Below are positions 1 through 12,596 of a DNA stretch of 64,000 nucleotides, piece by piece (positions within the stretch are counted from its first letter, which is position 1; every line of letters starts with the position of its first letter). Both the position numbers and the translations under genes were made by a program. The stretch is taken from contig CM052817.1 of assembly GCA_028534125.1 (NCBI GenBank), positions 22,446,001 to 22,510,000 of the forward strand, in the 5' to 3' direction. The notes under the pieces are model-generated. The model did not search any database. It had not been told where the DNA came from and worked only from the letters and a program-made list of their open reading frames with translations. The DNA comes from Lama glama. Lineage: Eukaryota.

Positions 1-229
1 CTGTCAATGAAATAGGGTCGAATAAAGACATTTTCAGATTTATAAGATATCAAAACATTTTCTTTTTGGGGGACATTACAGGAAGATATGTGCAACAAAG
101 TCAGAGACATAGGGGGTTTTGTGGAAATGGGTAAACAGAAGTATGCTGGGTAGTGATGGGCGAGGAGTAAGGGTTGGGAAGGAGTGCAAAATCATTATTT
201 TTCCAAGTGTAAAAGTGAAAAAAAATCAG

Positions 230-400
230 GTTATCCTAAATAGAGATACAACGTGCCAAGAAGAAAACTAAAATTATTTGAAGTGGTTGCTTCTGGTGAG
301 CAGGAAATAGGGGAGGATCACAGGAGATTGCTTTTTCTCATTAAATCTTTGTAGAATTATTTGATTCTTTCGATTTTGTGTGTTTAGACTATTGTTCAAA
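230..400 (+). mobile_element. Old L1 (L1MC/L1ME-like) 3' end fragment
   Basis: 'gaagtggttgcttctggtgagcaggaaatagggg...ctttgtagaattatttgattcttt' resembles the 3' UTR end of ancient L1M elements (by eye). Confidence 0.5.
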
Positions 401-1095
401 ATGTATCCTAGATTTCCTAACCAAGAAGTTGACTCTAAGTAAAGAAAACAGGGTATAAAGATACTGTAAGGGACTGGCCAAGCTCAGTGCTGCTAGGCAG
501 ACTCTGGATTTATGAGAGGAATAATGAGGAGAAAAGCTAGGAAGATAATTTGGGGCTCATTGTATAAAATGCATACCAATGTTAGAAAAATTTGTTTCAA
601 ATGCTACAGGCAATCAGGAATCAGAGAAGGATTTTATACGGAATGCATTCCAACTTCCCAGGCCTCCCAAACTCTACTCCCCAGTGAGCAGAAGCACTCT
701 TCTCTCATGTCAGCAAGTACTGACTTAGCAGGCAGAATTTTCCATTCCTATATTAAGATCTTCTTTCTGGTTACTAATAATTTTAGGGAGTGAGGGATGT
801 GGGGAAGCAAAACAATATTATAATGTAATATTTTATTGACCAAAATATTTACCTTAAGGCTTTGGAGACTCTTTTAGGAAACCCCACATAGCCCAGTGCC
901 ATGGTGTCTCCATTCAATTCTCTACTCTTTGATTATGCAAGTGCTTAAAGAACTGTAAGTACAGAATCAATTATCAGCCTTTGTTAACTCGAATGTGTTC
1001 TGCAAATTACAGCTGCCTACTTAAATTAAACCTCCTGTCTGGACCTGCAAAAAAAAAAAATGGCTGAACGATGCCTCTGAATATTCTCTTTAACT

Positions 1096-1200
1096 AGAGG
1101 TTCTCAAACATTAAAGAACATAAGAATCAATTGGGAATTTTATTTAAAAATTGCAGAGCCCCATCTCAAGAGATTCTGATTCAGTAATTCTGATCTGATA
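1096..1200. mobile_element. MER5A-like hAT-Charlie DNA transposon fragment
   Basis: 'ggttctcaaac...agaatcaattggga...cagagccccatctcaagagattctgattcagta' matches the MER5 core. A (CT)n tract follows. Confidence 0.65.
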
Positions 1201-1295
1201 CTCAGCAATCAGTCAGGTCTCTCTCTCTCATCTCTCTGTCTGTCTCTCTCTCAAAACAAATCACCATATTTTTTCAGGTGGATTAAAAACAATAT

Positions 1296-2021
1296 TTTCA
1301 TGGGGGCAAACTAACCAAATCTGTTATGCTTTTGCACTTTTTTGGCAGTGACATTTTCTCTGGCAAGTTCTTCTCTTGCAGTGAGAATAGGAGGAATATT
1401 ATTAGCATCATCTGGCAACTAGATTCTCTACTTTGACACAGAACTGAAGCTGGATACCTTATGGAGGAGAAAAATGTCTAAAATAACACTTTATTTACTA
1501 CATCATTAAACAACCCCAAAGCAGCATCAGAAAATGGATCAAACATTTCACTGACTCCTTGCCCAGTATTGTCAGAATTACAACTACCTATCAAGTCCTA
1601 TCTTTGAGGACAAATGTTAAAAGTAGGTACAGAATTTCTTGAGGGAGATATAGATTCTGTAACATCCTAAACCAGAGAATTCCTTCATATTGTAAAATCC
1701 TTACAGTATAACTGAATTGGAGAGCTCAGTTTATGGGGTCAGTCATATAGTTTGAACAATCTCAAAAATTCCACCACCCTCAAAGAAACAATGCATGTGA
1801 ACCAGATTCTTTTCCTCATGCAAAATAATTGACAATTGCAAAGATAATATTAGAATCTTTTTGAAATAGTTTGACAGAAAATTAAACTTGAGAAGAAATT
1901 AAGAGAATGTGGGAATTGAATCCATTGGGAGCAAAAATAAAAGGGTTTGAAAAGTGCTTTTTTGCAAATACAATGAGACATTTCCTTAATTAAGAAAAAA
2001 AAACAAGCAAAAAAAAAAAAA
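1296..2021 (+). pseudogene. Candidate endogenous bornavirus-like nucleoprotein element (EBLN), degraded, with 3' A tail
   Basis: Collinear translated blocks compared with BoDV-1 N recalled from memory: 1318-1395 NLLCFCTFLAVTFSLASSSLAVRIGG vs [24 protein letters not shown]; 1409-1435 HLATRFSTL vs QIKKRFKTM; 1483-1542 ITLYLLHH*TTPKQHQKMDQ vs [20 protein letters not shown] (ungapped); 1555-1604 LLAQYCQ/ITT/IKSYL vs LVASYAQMTTYTTIKEYL; 1650-1706 IDSVTS*TREFLHIVKSLQ vs IPVVAYEIRDFLEVSAKLK; 1727-1744 QFMGSV vs PFLGAI; 1775-1819 HPQRNNACEPDSFPH vs HPDAIKLAPRSFPN; 1928-1942 GAKIK vs GASVK. Multiple stops and frameshifts. A-rich tail at 1992-2021. Confidence 0.65.
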
Positions 2022-2319
2022 GACAGTCATCAAACAATGTAGAGTACTCCAGATAATTTTGGGTCAACTCATTAGTTTGCTAATTAGAAACTTCTTAGCA
2101 AATTCCAGTTCCACCTTTCTTTGTTTCTTAGCAGTGAACTAAATAGTATCCCAGAAATGACCCACAATGCAGAGCAAAGCTGTGGGGAGATCTTTCCATA
2201 ATTTCTCTTTGTGGATATGTGGCTAATTGAGCAAAGGCAATGTGGCGGTCCAAACTGGAATGGGCTTCAAGTGCAAAACACACACAGATTTTGGAAGACT
2301 AATTATGAAAAAAAAAAAA

Positions 2320-2468
2320 GCATAGTATGTCATTAATCATTTATCCATTTTGGATGTATTGGATTAAATAATATACATTCTTAAAAACAATTCATTCTTC
2401 TTTAATTTTTTTTTTAATGTGGCCACTTGACATATCTGGCTTGCATTATGCCTCTGTTGCACATTGGC
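2320..2468. mobile_element. MER3/MER33-like DNA transposon fragment
   Basis: 'attttggatgtattggattaaataatatac...tttttaatgtggccact...catatctggcttgcattat' resembles the MER3 end. Confidence 0.55.
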
Positions 2469-2813
2469 TTTATAAAGACCACATAGAAATAAGGCCCTTT
2501 TATGTTATAATTTGAAATGATAGAACAGCACCTCCAGTCATGTTTGCTCACTCTTCCTGTCATTTTTATCCTGATGGTGCAGCTTTAAAAGAAGACAGCA
2601 GCTGCAGTGAGGATGCAGGTCACAGCAGCTACATCCTGTCCTTCCCTTTGTCTGCCAGTCTTGTACCTCTCTTATGGGTCAGTCCCTGCCCTGCCCTGCC
2701 CACGAGAGCTGGCCTCTTCTTTGTCTCTGCTTTTGGAAATGATGCCGCTGTCCTAGCTTCTGTCCTCAAATGATTCTTTCTGGATCTTCTGCAAAAACTG
2801 TTTCCACAACCTT

Positions 2814-2818
<5 letters not shown>

Positions 2819-2849
<31 letters not shown>
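2819..2849 (+). repeat. Poly(A)31 homopolymer
   Basis: 31 consecutive A. Confidence 0.95.
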
Positions 2850-2851
<2 letters not shown>

Positions 2852-4126
2852 ATAAATTCAGCTATATGTTTTACTCTGAGCCAGAATTCAACTAAAAAGA
2901 CAAGAAAAATATCAGCTATTCTTAATCGTAATTGCAACAAATTGATATTTAGTTTGCATATTTTTATTTGTCTAATATATCAGAGTATCGGGTTTAACTG
3001 AATTGGCAGGATATCTGGAACTCCTAATTGCGAGGATAAGAAGTATGAAAGACTAAGAAGAGATTTTTTTCCCTGGGAAGAAGTGGTTTGCTAAGCAAAT
3101 TAATAATGTAAAAGTTTTTCAGAGCTAATTACAATTCTTTCTTACTTGATCATTAAAGCAGTTTCCCTCTGCTAGGCAATATTTTGGTAACCTAGTTTAG
3201 TTACAGTGTGCAGTAATAAAAATGAATTTTTAAAAATATGGCCTATTATTCTGTCATTATATTTCTATTCAGAATGAACATTGCTGAAATTATAAAACAT
3301 AAATTAAACTTAAAAAATTACCTGACTTTTTACCAAATGCTATTTAAAAAAAAATAACTAGAATAAAATTGTCCATTGTAAGTTTTGCTGAATGCTTAAC
3401 CAAAATTTGAATATCTTGTCCTGGGGTACAGCCTGAGGTTTGGGCAACATGTGACTTCAAGATATATATCTGGTCTGAATAATGAAGACTTAAATGTTCT
3501 TTTACCTTCATAGATAATATAAAGAAATGTAACTCTGAACTATCAAGCATGTTCCTACATCTTCTTTTTGGTTATAATTTAGACCAATATGCAAAACACA
3601 TATGTCAAATATGAAATCACATTTCAATGCATACGATAATTTCTTTTCTGCCGTTATGATTGCTAATCCTGCAATAATTTTGGCAACCAGAAAGAATCTC
3701 ACTACGGTCTCCCCAAACTGCTCAGCAAACAGTGATTTGATAATAGAGAGCTAAGGAGAAGCATAAGAAACTGATCTGAGCATGAAATTCCCTGACATGA
3801 CTCAAGTCAGGCTAGTAATTTAGCAATGGAGGCTGGCCTGGAGCTGAAGGGAGAAGCCATCAGGCCAGGTGGTGTATGGAAGGCAGGCTGCCACTGAGGG
3901 TATGGTAATTTCCAGTGCACCGTGTTAGGAGGGCAGGCGAACTTGTCAAACCAATTACTGTAGAGCTCAGCAGCAAGATGATCAAAGTCCTGTGGGTGGT
4001 GGCACCGCGGCCTGAGGCATCAGTCCATTCCGCCTTGGACAGCTGCCTGTTGCAAAGCTAGAGACTAGGACTCAGCCCCCAGGAGAACTGGCTGGCAAAT
4101 ACTGGGCAGGCGGCTTGTTTGAGTCC

Positions 4127-4568
4127 TGTCCAAGTTCACAGTAGTCCATTCCTCACCCACTGACTTGGCTCGACCAAACTTTCATCAGGTCTCTTTCCTC
4201 CCTATAAGCCTCTGAACTCTGGCTCACCCCCAAACTTTGGCCTTTAAGCAAGTGCTAAAGGGGAGAACACGCTCATTCCAAGAATTGGTGAAGCACAGAA
4301 AGAAACATTCCCTGTTGAGCTGTGTCCCAGTCAGGCTGTCTGCTGGCCCCTTTCCACTTGCCCAACTTCCCCTCAAGGTTCCGCTCATCCCTGCTTATCC
4401 CTTCCTATAAGAGAAAGGCTTTCTTTTGTTTTTTCATTTGTTTGGTTTTGGGCTTTTTAGTTTTTAGGTGTTTTTTTTTTTTTTTGAGATGCTTGCAGAT
4501 GCTGAGATCAGAGCGTTCTCCCAGTAAGCATCACTTTACCTTCGTCTGGATTTATGTTTTCCTTGACA
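4127..4568 (+). mobile_element. Solo ERV1-class LTR (MER31-like)
   Basis: TGTC...GACA termini, flanks gtcc/gtct (4-bp TSD, 1 mismatch), 'gaccaaactt' motif, TATA-like 'cctataag' at ~4405. Confidence 0.6.
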
Positions 4569-4879
4569 GTCTCAGTGATGGGTTGGCCTCATCTTTCCTG
4601 GCCCCCAGTATTCTCTTGTCTCACTTGCCTTCTTGTCGTAATCCATAGCCACCCTGGATGAGTAGCAAATCCAGGAATAAAATCATTTCTTTCAGGTCTG
4701 ACCTACTTCTGCATATTCTTTAACTCTTTCTGGAATGCTCTCCAATTCATTTCCCCTTTTCTTTCCTAGAAAATTCCTCCTACACTAAGTCTCAGCCTAT
4801 AAACTTCAGAAAGTAGCTTCTGATGCATGTGGTTGACTAGATATCTAACAAGCTCGTATCTTTACCAAAGCTTTTTATG

Positions 4880-5065
4880 CTTAGCCCTCCTGTAGTTATT
4901 CCCACGCTGGAATACAAATGCCCATTTCCTTCCATCTGCCCTCTTCCTGTCCCTAAGGGTCAGGCCAGTGTCTTATTCATCATTATCTCTCAGCACCTAG
5001 CACAGAGCCTACCCTATAGTAGTTGCTCATTAATACTTGCTTTAAAATTACCAAATAAATGAGAT
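4880..5065. mobile_element. L2 3' end
   Basis: 'gtcttattcatcattatctctcagcacctagcacagagcct...tagtagttgctcattaatacttg' is the typical L2 terminal motif. Confidence 0.7.
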
Positions 5066-5355
5066 AATGAATGCCCAGGACACCCCTAACCCACCATTCA
5101 CTAGACAACCAGCATGACCCATTAACCAAAGCAGAAGACAAATTGTGTAAGAAAAACCTGTACATCAATGGCCAGGAAATCCACAAAAGTAACACCAGGT
5201 CCACGGCAGCAAGACCACATTGAGATCGACCCTGTAACAGTGTGGGCTGACTGAGGCCATGGAAGCAGTCACTGCCTGGGTTCATCCAGGCTTAGAATCT
5301 AAGTCGACCCTGAGTTCTGCAGCCCAGGGCGATGGCAGGAGACGAGTGAGTCAGA

Positions 5356-5392
5356 GGAAGGCACAGAGATGGGAAGGCACAGAGATGGGAAG
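5356..5392 (+). repeat. 16-bp tandem duplication
   Basis: (ggaaggcacagagatg)x2 followed by ggaag, perfect copies. Confidence 0.9.
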
Positions 5393-6420
5393 TCCAGTCC
5401 CGCTCATTGTCATTAGTAACTTATCATGTGTTTCATGCTATTTTCACCAACCTGAATATCATTCCAAAGCTATGTCACACCAGTTTATTTTAATTTCCTG
5501 TTTTCATCTCTCCGTTATTCCATCTACCTTTGTTCGATTCAAAAATTTGTGAACAATTCTCAATCCTGATTGGATTCTTTTCTTTTTTTCCTATCTAAGT
5601 GGAATCTCCCAGCATGTGCCTTTTTCTTTTTAAAATTAGCTCAACAGGGATCTTGCATGGGGAAACATTCTGAAACTTTAACCTCTTAAATAAAATTTAT
5701 AAACTTTTAATGAATTCACCACGAAAGAGACTTCTTTTATTATAGTATGAAAACAATGCAGATTGCAAAGCTATGTGATGATAAGATTGGCAAAAGGTTT
5801 TAGATGAGTTTTTTAAGCTGATTAAACTGGGACACCTGTTTCACAAGGTTCACTTAGCATTGGTGTGTGTTTCATCTATTTAGTCAGGTAACAATTGTCT
5901 TGTTTAATTGCATTAGTGCATGATTCTCTGACTAGGACAAATAGGATATGCCTTTACAGAGAATAATGTCTCAAGATATTTGTTTATTCCACTTAAAGAT
6001 AGTATGTATAAAATATTAATGTAATGTTTATCAAATTAAAAAAAATAATGAGGCATATGCTTATTATTTTTAATGAACTGTAATATATTTTGTTGAAAGT
6101 ACATTAAATATCATAAAAATAAATACAAAGTTTAGAGCAATAATGAAATTCCAAAAGAGCATAATTTTAAAATAGAATTTTGAATATTGAATCATAAGTT
6201 GAATTGTTTACCATGAGCTTTACTTTGTTCTAAGGGGCTTTGACTATATTTTTGTTGTTGTTGCTAATGTTATCTTGGGACAAAATCTTCTCACAAAGAC
6301 ATGTGATTATTTGAGATTAGTATGAAATCTTTTTATTATGCAATGGATACTAATTATTGGCATTATTAGTATTTTTTCCTCCTAATTTTTATATAAGTCT
6401 ATTGGTTTGCAAGCTGGTCC

Positions 6421-6775
6421 TGTATATGCAGAACTGAAGAAAGTAGCAGATCACTCCAGATTGGCAGGTGGTAGTTTAGGAAGCAAGAGGATTTACATAC
6501 GAAGCTTGTTTTGGGTGGCAGCAAGACCAGTAGATCTCCACACTACCAGTTAAAATGTTAAAGTTTATATAGTGACCTTAAGGCTTCAGTCCAGTCCAAA
6601 TGGTCTCAGCAACACAATACTCCCTCAAGGCTGTGTCCTTGAGCAGCTTCCATCACAGGAAAGACAAGTAGAATGCACATTCCAAGGACAGGAAAAGAGG
6701 TGAGAAGCCTTCCACTGTCCAGATGCAGCTCTGAGGTCAACTGGCATCACATTCTCTCAACTGCCTCCTCCAACA
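6421..6775 (-). mobile_element. Solo ERV LTR, antisense
   Basis: GC-richer block beginning TG and ending CCAACA. Antisense TATA 'tttatatag' at ~6564. No clean TSD. Confidence 0.5.
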
Positions 6776-8462
6776 CAGCCATGTGTAGATTTTACTAAAA
6801 AAATATTTCCTGCGTGATATCTACTTTGCTCTTTTGAAGATATTTACCAGGGGTAAAATAGCACGTGGTGGAATAGGGAAGGGATAAAAAAATGTACACA
6901 ACTCTGTCTGATTTCTTCCTTTGCTTGTGTCTGGCAGTCAAAGCTAATATTCAAGCATAACCTGGGATGGATGATGAGGGATAGTGTTTCAAGTCCTGCA
7001 GGGGAGCGGGTGGGAGATAAAAGAGATAAGTGCTGTTGATCATGCTTTCTACTCTGTGGCTCGTTACTCCAGTAAGAACAAAATAGAATGAATTGATGAT
7101 GTCTATGTCTCTCATTTATTTATTTAATCAGTATGTACCGAGTGCCAACTATAGAGGAAACATTGGTCTAAGCATGAGGCATATATCAAAGAAAAAAAAA
7201 AAGAAAAATCACTCTGTTTCATGAAGTTTAGATTTTCCCATCAGCATCACTAAAGTTTTTTTAAATGGTACTTCCCCCAGCCCCAGTCCCAAAGCTGGAC
7301 TGTGACAGAACAATAAATACCCAGCTTCAGTCTGTGAACCATGATAAATGTGCAGGTTGATTCTACACCATGACGAGCAGTTCATCCATGACCAATGAGC
7401 ATATTTCATATATCTATAATATACTCTGAGCATTTATGCTACATATTCTCTTTTTATAATTCCAAATTATAAATCACTGTAAAATGACCTGATTTCTAAT
7501 CGTACTTCTAGCCGTTGCTTTAAGCTGCTTGATTTAATTGCTCTTTCGTACTTGCATCTATAAAATGTGAAATGTGAGTGGTAATACAGTGAAATTCAGT
7601 TTTTACTGAGTGGGTCAAGATGAAGATCATTCTGTAAAAGTGGATCTTCCTCAAGGGTGGTGACACAGATGGGCCATTTAACTTAATAACTGTACAGGGG
7701 TGTGGGTGGGAAACATCAGTCCTCCATTCTACTTTAACAATGCGGGGGACAGTACATTTCTGGTTTTATTTCCTCTTGTAGATTTTACCTTTTGTGAGTG
7801 AATTATGATGCAGAACAGCTCAATCAAAAATAACTAAATTAAAGGTCCATAGCACTCTTAAATTTTGCTGTCTGGTCACACATATTGTCAAGCTGTTATT
7901 CCCATTAGCAGAATTGACAAACATGTAAGGACCAGTCCTACTCTTCCTCCCCATCCTTCCTCTTTTCTCTGTCAATATTCTGCTTTCTATTAATACTCTT
8001 AAGGCTCTGCAGAGACCTCAGGCTGAACTGAGTCAAATTTCATGAGACACCTGTTAAAAGGCGTCTCCTTCACATCTCTTAGAGAGGAAAAAGGCCCCCA
8101 GGCTGTATTCTGTTGTAATTCAACGATGTCTGACATGTGGAAAGATTTGAAAGTATTAGTTTTTAAAAAAACAAATGAATGAAAATATAAAATTTTTTTT
8201 TCTGTAGAAGAATATGCTTCTATTAGCAGTCAAGGCTAATGCAGCTTCAGTTTTAATTAATATCCTATATCAGGAGAGCCTGTTTTTTCGCCGGGGTCTA
8301 ATCAAAATTGATTTCTTAAATTTCTTAAAAATACTAACATTTTTGAGGAAGGCTGCTCTTTTTGGATTCCTAATCTAGCATTTACTAAGAAACTGGAAAG
8401 AAGGAAGAGGAAAAGATACCGGATTGCCATAAATGGGTTGACATGTTAGGGTATAAAGTGGA

Positions 8463-8535
8463 ACACTCACATGCACACACATGCACTCATGCACGTACGT
8501 GCACATGCATGCACATGCACACACATACACACACT
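8463..8535. repeat. (CA/CATG)n degenerate microsatellite
   Basis: acactcacatgcacacacatgcac...acacacac. Confidence 0.85.
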
Positions 8536-9959
8536 CAGAAAGTCATTGTGTGGCGATCAGGAAGAGAAGGTCACATTCAAAGCAGGCTAGTGAATATAAA
8601 TAGAAAAGAAAGGTAATCTACTGACAACTTACGATTCAAGTAAAAAAAGTGAGTATATTTCTGAATTTTGCTGTAACTACTAGCAAGTGACAGATAATAA
8701 AAATATCTGCAAAGTTAGGACAGTAGATGAAATATTGATCCTCAGCTGATGTATTAAGAAAGGGAAGAGACCTGAAGCAGGATGAAAAGTTAGAAATTCA
8801 GTGATCCTGTTGCTTCTTGTGATAACAAAGCTTGCTGCACATATATTTGTATATGCAGAAGTGACTTGGAAATAAGGGCACGTTCATCCTCCATGGGCAA
8901 TGTAAACAGTAGAATTTGATTTGAGGATTCTGTCCAAATGCTGGTCTTGAAAAGGTAAAAAGTTACAGATTTCAATATCAATTTATTCTATTTATAATTA
9001 TAACAATAAATATATGTAGTGTTAATAAGAACTTCTGCTTATTACTATTTAGTAACATTATAGATGTCATCTCTAAAGCCATACTGGAAGTTCTATAAAA
9101 CAGATATATTTATTACCCATTCATAAAGTAAGAGATTTCCTAAAGAACATTTTGTTGTCTTAATTTTTGTTTTTGGTACTTCAGTACTTCTCTAGGGCAC
9201 TATTTCAGGAAAGAAAAATGTGGCTTTGCCTAAACTATAATGCAAAATACTTAAATATTACTACACTCAGAATGATATTAGCAGAACTTTAAATGTGCTT
9301 TCATCTTAGTTTCTATAAAAAAATGCCAACTTAAATTTGGTCAATATTTCTGTTGAGTTTTTAAAATCAATTCTTTATTACTATCTCTACTATGTTTAGA
9401 TAACTGAAGAAAAAATGCTACTTTTTGGTTTCAAAATTTGGATTATAAGAAGAATATTATCCTTGTACAGAGCAGATCTGTTTAGAATCACTTCTTCCTG
9501 CTTCATTCATGTATATGTGTGGGTTTTGGGGTACCTTTATGTAAGATTACATGTATATTTTCAAGAAGGAAGATTGTCTTGACTTCTTCATGGACTTCAA
9601 GAAGAACCTAGGCCTGATCTATTTCCATTGTAAACATTAAACCATCATAGGCTCACCTGACTTCTCAGGAAATCCTGGGCTCTTCTTTCAAAATTGTGGA
9701 CATTGTGAGAAAGCATACAGTTATAAGTATTTTTTATCAAAGCGAGTCACACAGTTCATTTCAAGGATGAGTTCTTGGATTATACGTTTTTTGGGGGTAT
9801 GTGGCAATCTGGTCTATTTTCCTCTTCCTAGTTTTCAATTTACCATTAAATGCTAGGTCAAGAATCCAAAGCTAGCAGCCTTCCTCAGTTAAAAAATAGT
9901 GCTTAATTCCATGCATATATTCATTCTTCTACAACATTAAAGAATTGAAATGTAACTTC

Positions 9960-10115
9960 TTGCTATACACAAATGCATATGAATATATGTATGTGCATAC
10001 GATGTCTGTAGATACGTATGTATATTGTGTGTACACACGTCTGTACACATGTATGTACATTGTATGTACACACATACATTAATCATACACATATGATACA
10101 TATATATTATCACAC
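9960..10115. repeat. (TATG/TACA) low-complexity tract
   Basis: Alternating purine-pyrimidine degenerate repeat. Confidence 0.75.
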
Positions 10116-11384
10116 TACTTTTTTGTTTACTTTAAGATGCTTTCCCTTTATTTTAATGAAGGAACCATAGCAAGTAGTCTAAAATACTCATTTTAAAAAC
10201 TTCATTGAAATTCTACTGTTTCTTATTACTCTCATTTCTCTATGCCAAGGAACATTTTTAATTAAGGTTATAGGCATCCAGGGTCATTAATAATCTGCAG
10301 ATTAATTGCCACCACATGATTGTAAGATGGCTACTCCAGAAAGGTTATAAATTATGTTTAAGTTCTAAATGCTAGGCCATTCAAACTGAATAGAAAAATA
10401 GTTGGGGCTGATTAGTGGAGAAAATGGAGGGAAAATGAAGGAAAGAAAATAAATAATTAAAAAGTCAATGTTACTTAAAAGATGCTAGGTTAACTATTCT
10501 ATTTTACCTATTTTGGTAAACTTATAGCTGTGAAAAATTTACTAAATATAAAAATGATGAGTCAACTCACTTGCCTTTAGAAATATCTATATATTCAGAT
10601 AGAGGTATTATTGTGTTGTTTTATTCTAATTTTTTCATAAAGTCTTATAACTTACAAACTATGTTATCATCTTAAAATTCAAGAATCAATTATATAAGAA
10701 ATACATGTAATTTCAAATTTTCCAATACCATGTGTGTATAATGAAAAATAATGTCAGCATTTTTTAGAGTCTCACCATGTATCTTGTCTTGTTAAATAAA
10801 ATTTCTCCTAATGGTATCTTCTATTTCTATCAGCTACACAATGTTATCTGTAAAATTTTGTTTTTAATGATCTGTTCTAACACTTCCAGTACTAACTTCC
10901 ATATTCCAAGATCAGTTTTAACTTGAGGAATATTACTATGCCCATCTTAAATTTGTTCCCTATGGGCCTTGATCAGAAGAGCTGGTCTTTATATGATCAT
11001 AGGAGTTATACATAGAATTTTAGAGCAGGTTATAATAACCCAATGGTAATATGGTTTTTTTTCCATTTCCTTCTATTTCCAAATAACTTTTACTGAAAGA
11101 AAAAGAATGTGATTCTATACAAACTTATAATAAAACAAAAAATTAGAGCAGAAATATTTCACCTAAGAATGTCAGATGACTACATCTCCAATGTTTATAA
11201 GTGATAGTGGTAAGGCTAGGAATTAGTATTAAAGTGCAAGTAACTAAGTCAGTTACATTAAAATTCTATTTTATACATACATACATACATACATATTGAG
11301 GGGGAAAAGGGGTAAATAGATTAAAAAAACAATGAAACAAAAAGATCAATTTTATTCTTTTGAATAGTCATAACAGAAAGCCAT

Positions 11385-12425
11385 TTTATAGCTTTATTGA
11401 GATGTATTTTGTATACAGCAAAATTTACCCAGCTGAAGTGTGCAAACAGATCAGTAGTTTTTAGTATAATCACAGAATTGTGCAGCTATCCCTACAATAC
11501 AACTGCAGCATATTCCAACAACCCCTCAAAGTAGTCTTATACGTATTAGCAGTCATTCCCCTTTCTCATTCTCCTCTCCAACTCCTCTTCCCACGCACCG
11601 CCAGCTCTAGGCAAACACTAATCTCCTTTCCGTCTCTGTGCATTTGCCTAATCTGAAAATTTCACACAAATAGCATAATACATTTTGTGATCATTTATAA
11701 TTAGCTCCTTTCACTTAGCAGGATGTTTTCAAAGTTCATCCATGGGATAGTACTTATTGATACTTTAATCTCCTTTATTGCCAAAAATAGCCCTTTATAC
11801 ATATATACCAAATTTTGTTTATCCATTCATCTGCAGATTGACATTTAAGTTGCTCCCATGTTTTGTCTAATTTGAATAATGCTTTTATGAATATCTGTGT
11901 ACAAGTTTTTGCATAAGTATGTTTTCATTTCTCTTGGGTTCATACCTAGTAACTGGATTGCTGGGTCATAGGTAACTCCACGTGTAGCATTTTGAGGAAT
12001 TGTCAAACTCTTTTGCCAAGTGACTGAACCACTTTAAATTCCTACCCAAAATTTATAAGGTCATCAACAATTTATAAAATTTCTAAAAATTGTTATTTTC
12101 TGTTTTTTATTATAACCCTTCTAATGAGTATGAGTGTAGTATCCCGTTGCAATTTAGATCTGCATTTTACTAATGATGTTAAACATCTATTCATGTGCTC
12201 ATTGGCTATATGTATGTCTGTCTATATATGTATATATATATATATAAAAAATATATCTTTGGAGAAAGTATTTATTTGAATAATTTCCTCATTTTTGATT
12301 TGGATTATTTGTCTGTGTTGTTAGAGTTCTTTTTAAATTCTCAGAATATGTTTTTGTTAGACATATGATTTGTAAATATTTTCTCCTGTGGATTAATTTT
12401 TTCACTTTCTATATGGTGGCCTTTT
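11385..12425 (-). mobile_element. L1MB-like LINE-1 3' region, antisense
   Basis: 'agctttattgagat...ttcacttagca...atccattcatctgcagattgacattt...ggattgctgggtcataggtaactc...ctttggagaa' are diagnostic L1 3' motifs in reverse. Confidence 0.85.
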
Positions 12426-12596
12426 ATTAATACTATACAGTAATAAACTAGTCTATTTTACTTCCTCGAAATCTTAGTTTGTCACATATCTACATAAGGA
12501 ACAATCAAGAAGGTCATTTCCTAATTATGAAACCAAATGGAAATTTCCAGTGCTCCTAAGCTTTGGTATCTCTATGCATGTATTAGAACTATATAT

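Noticed and set aside
2530..2849. Possible retrocopy ending in poly(A)31
   Set aside because: No polyadenylation signal, TSD or recognisable coding similarity upstream.
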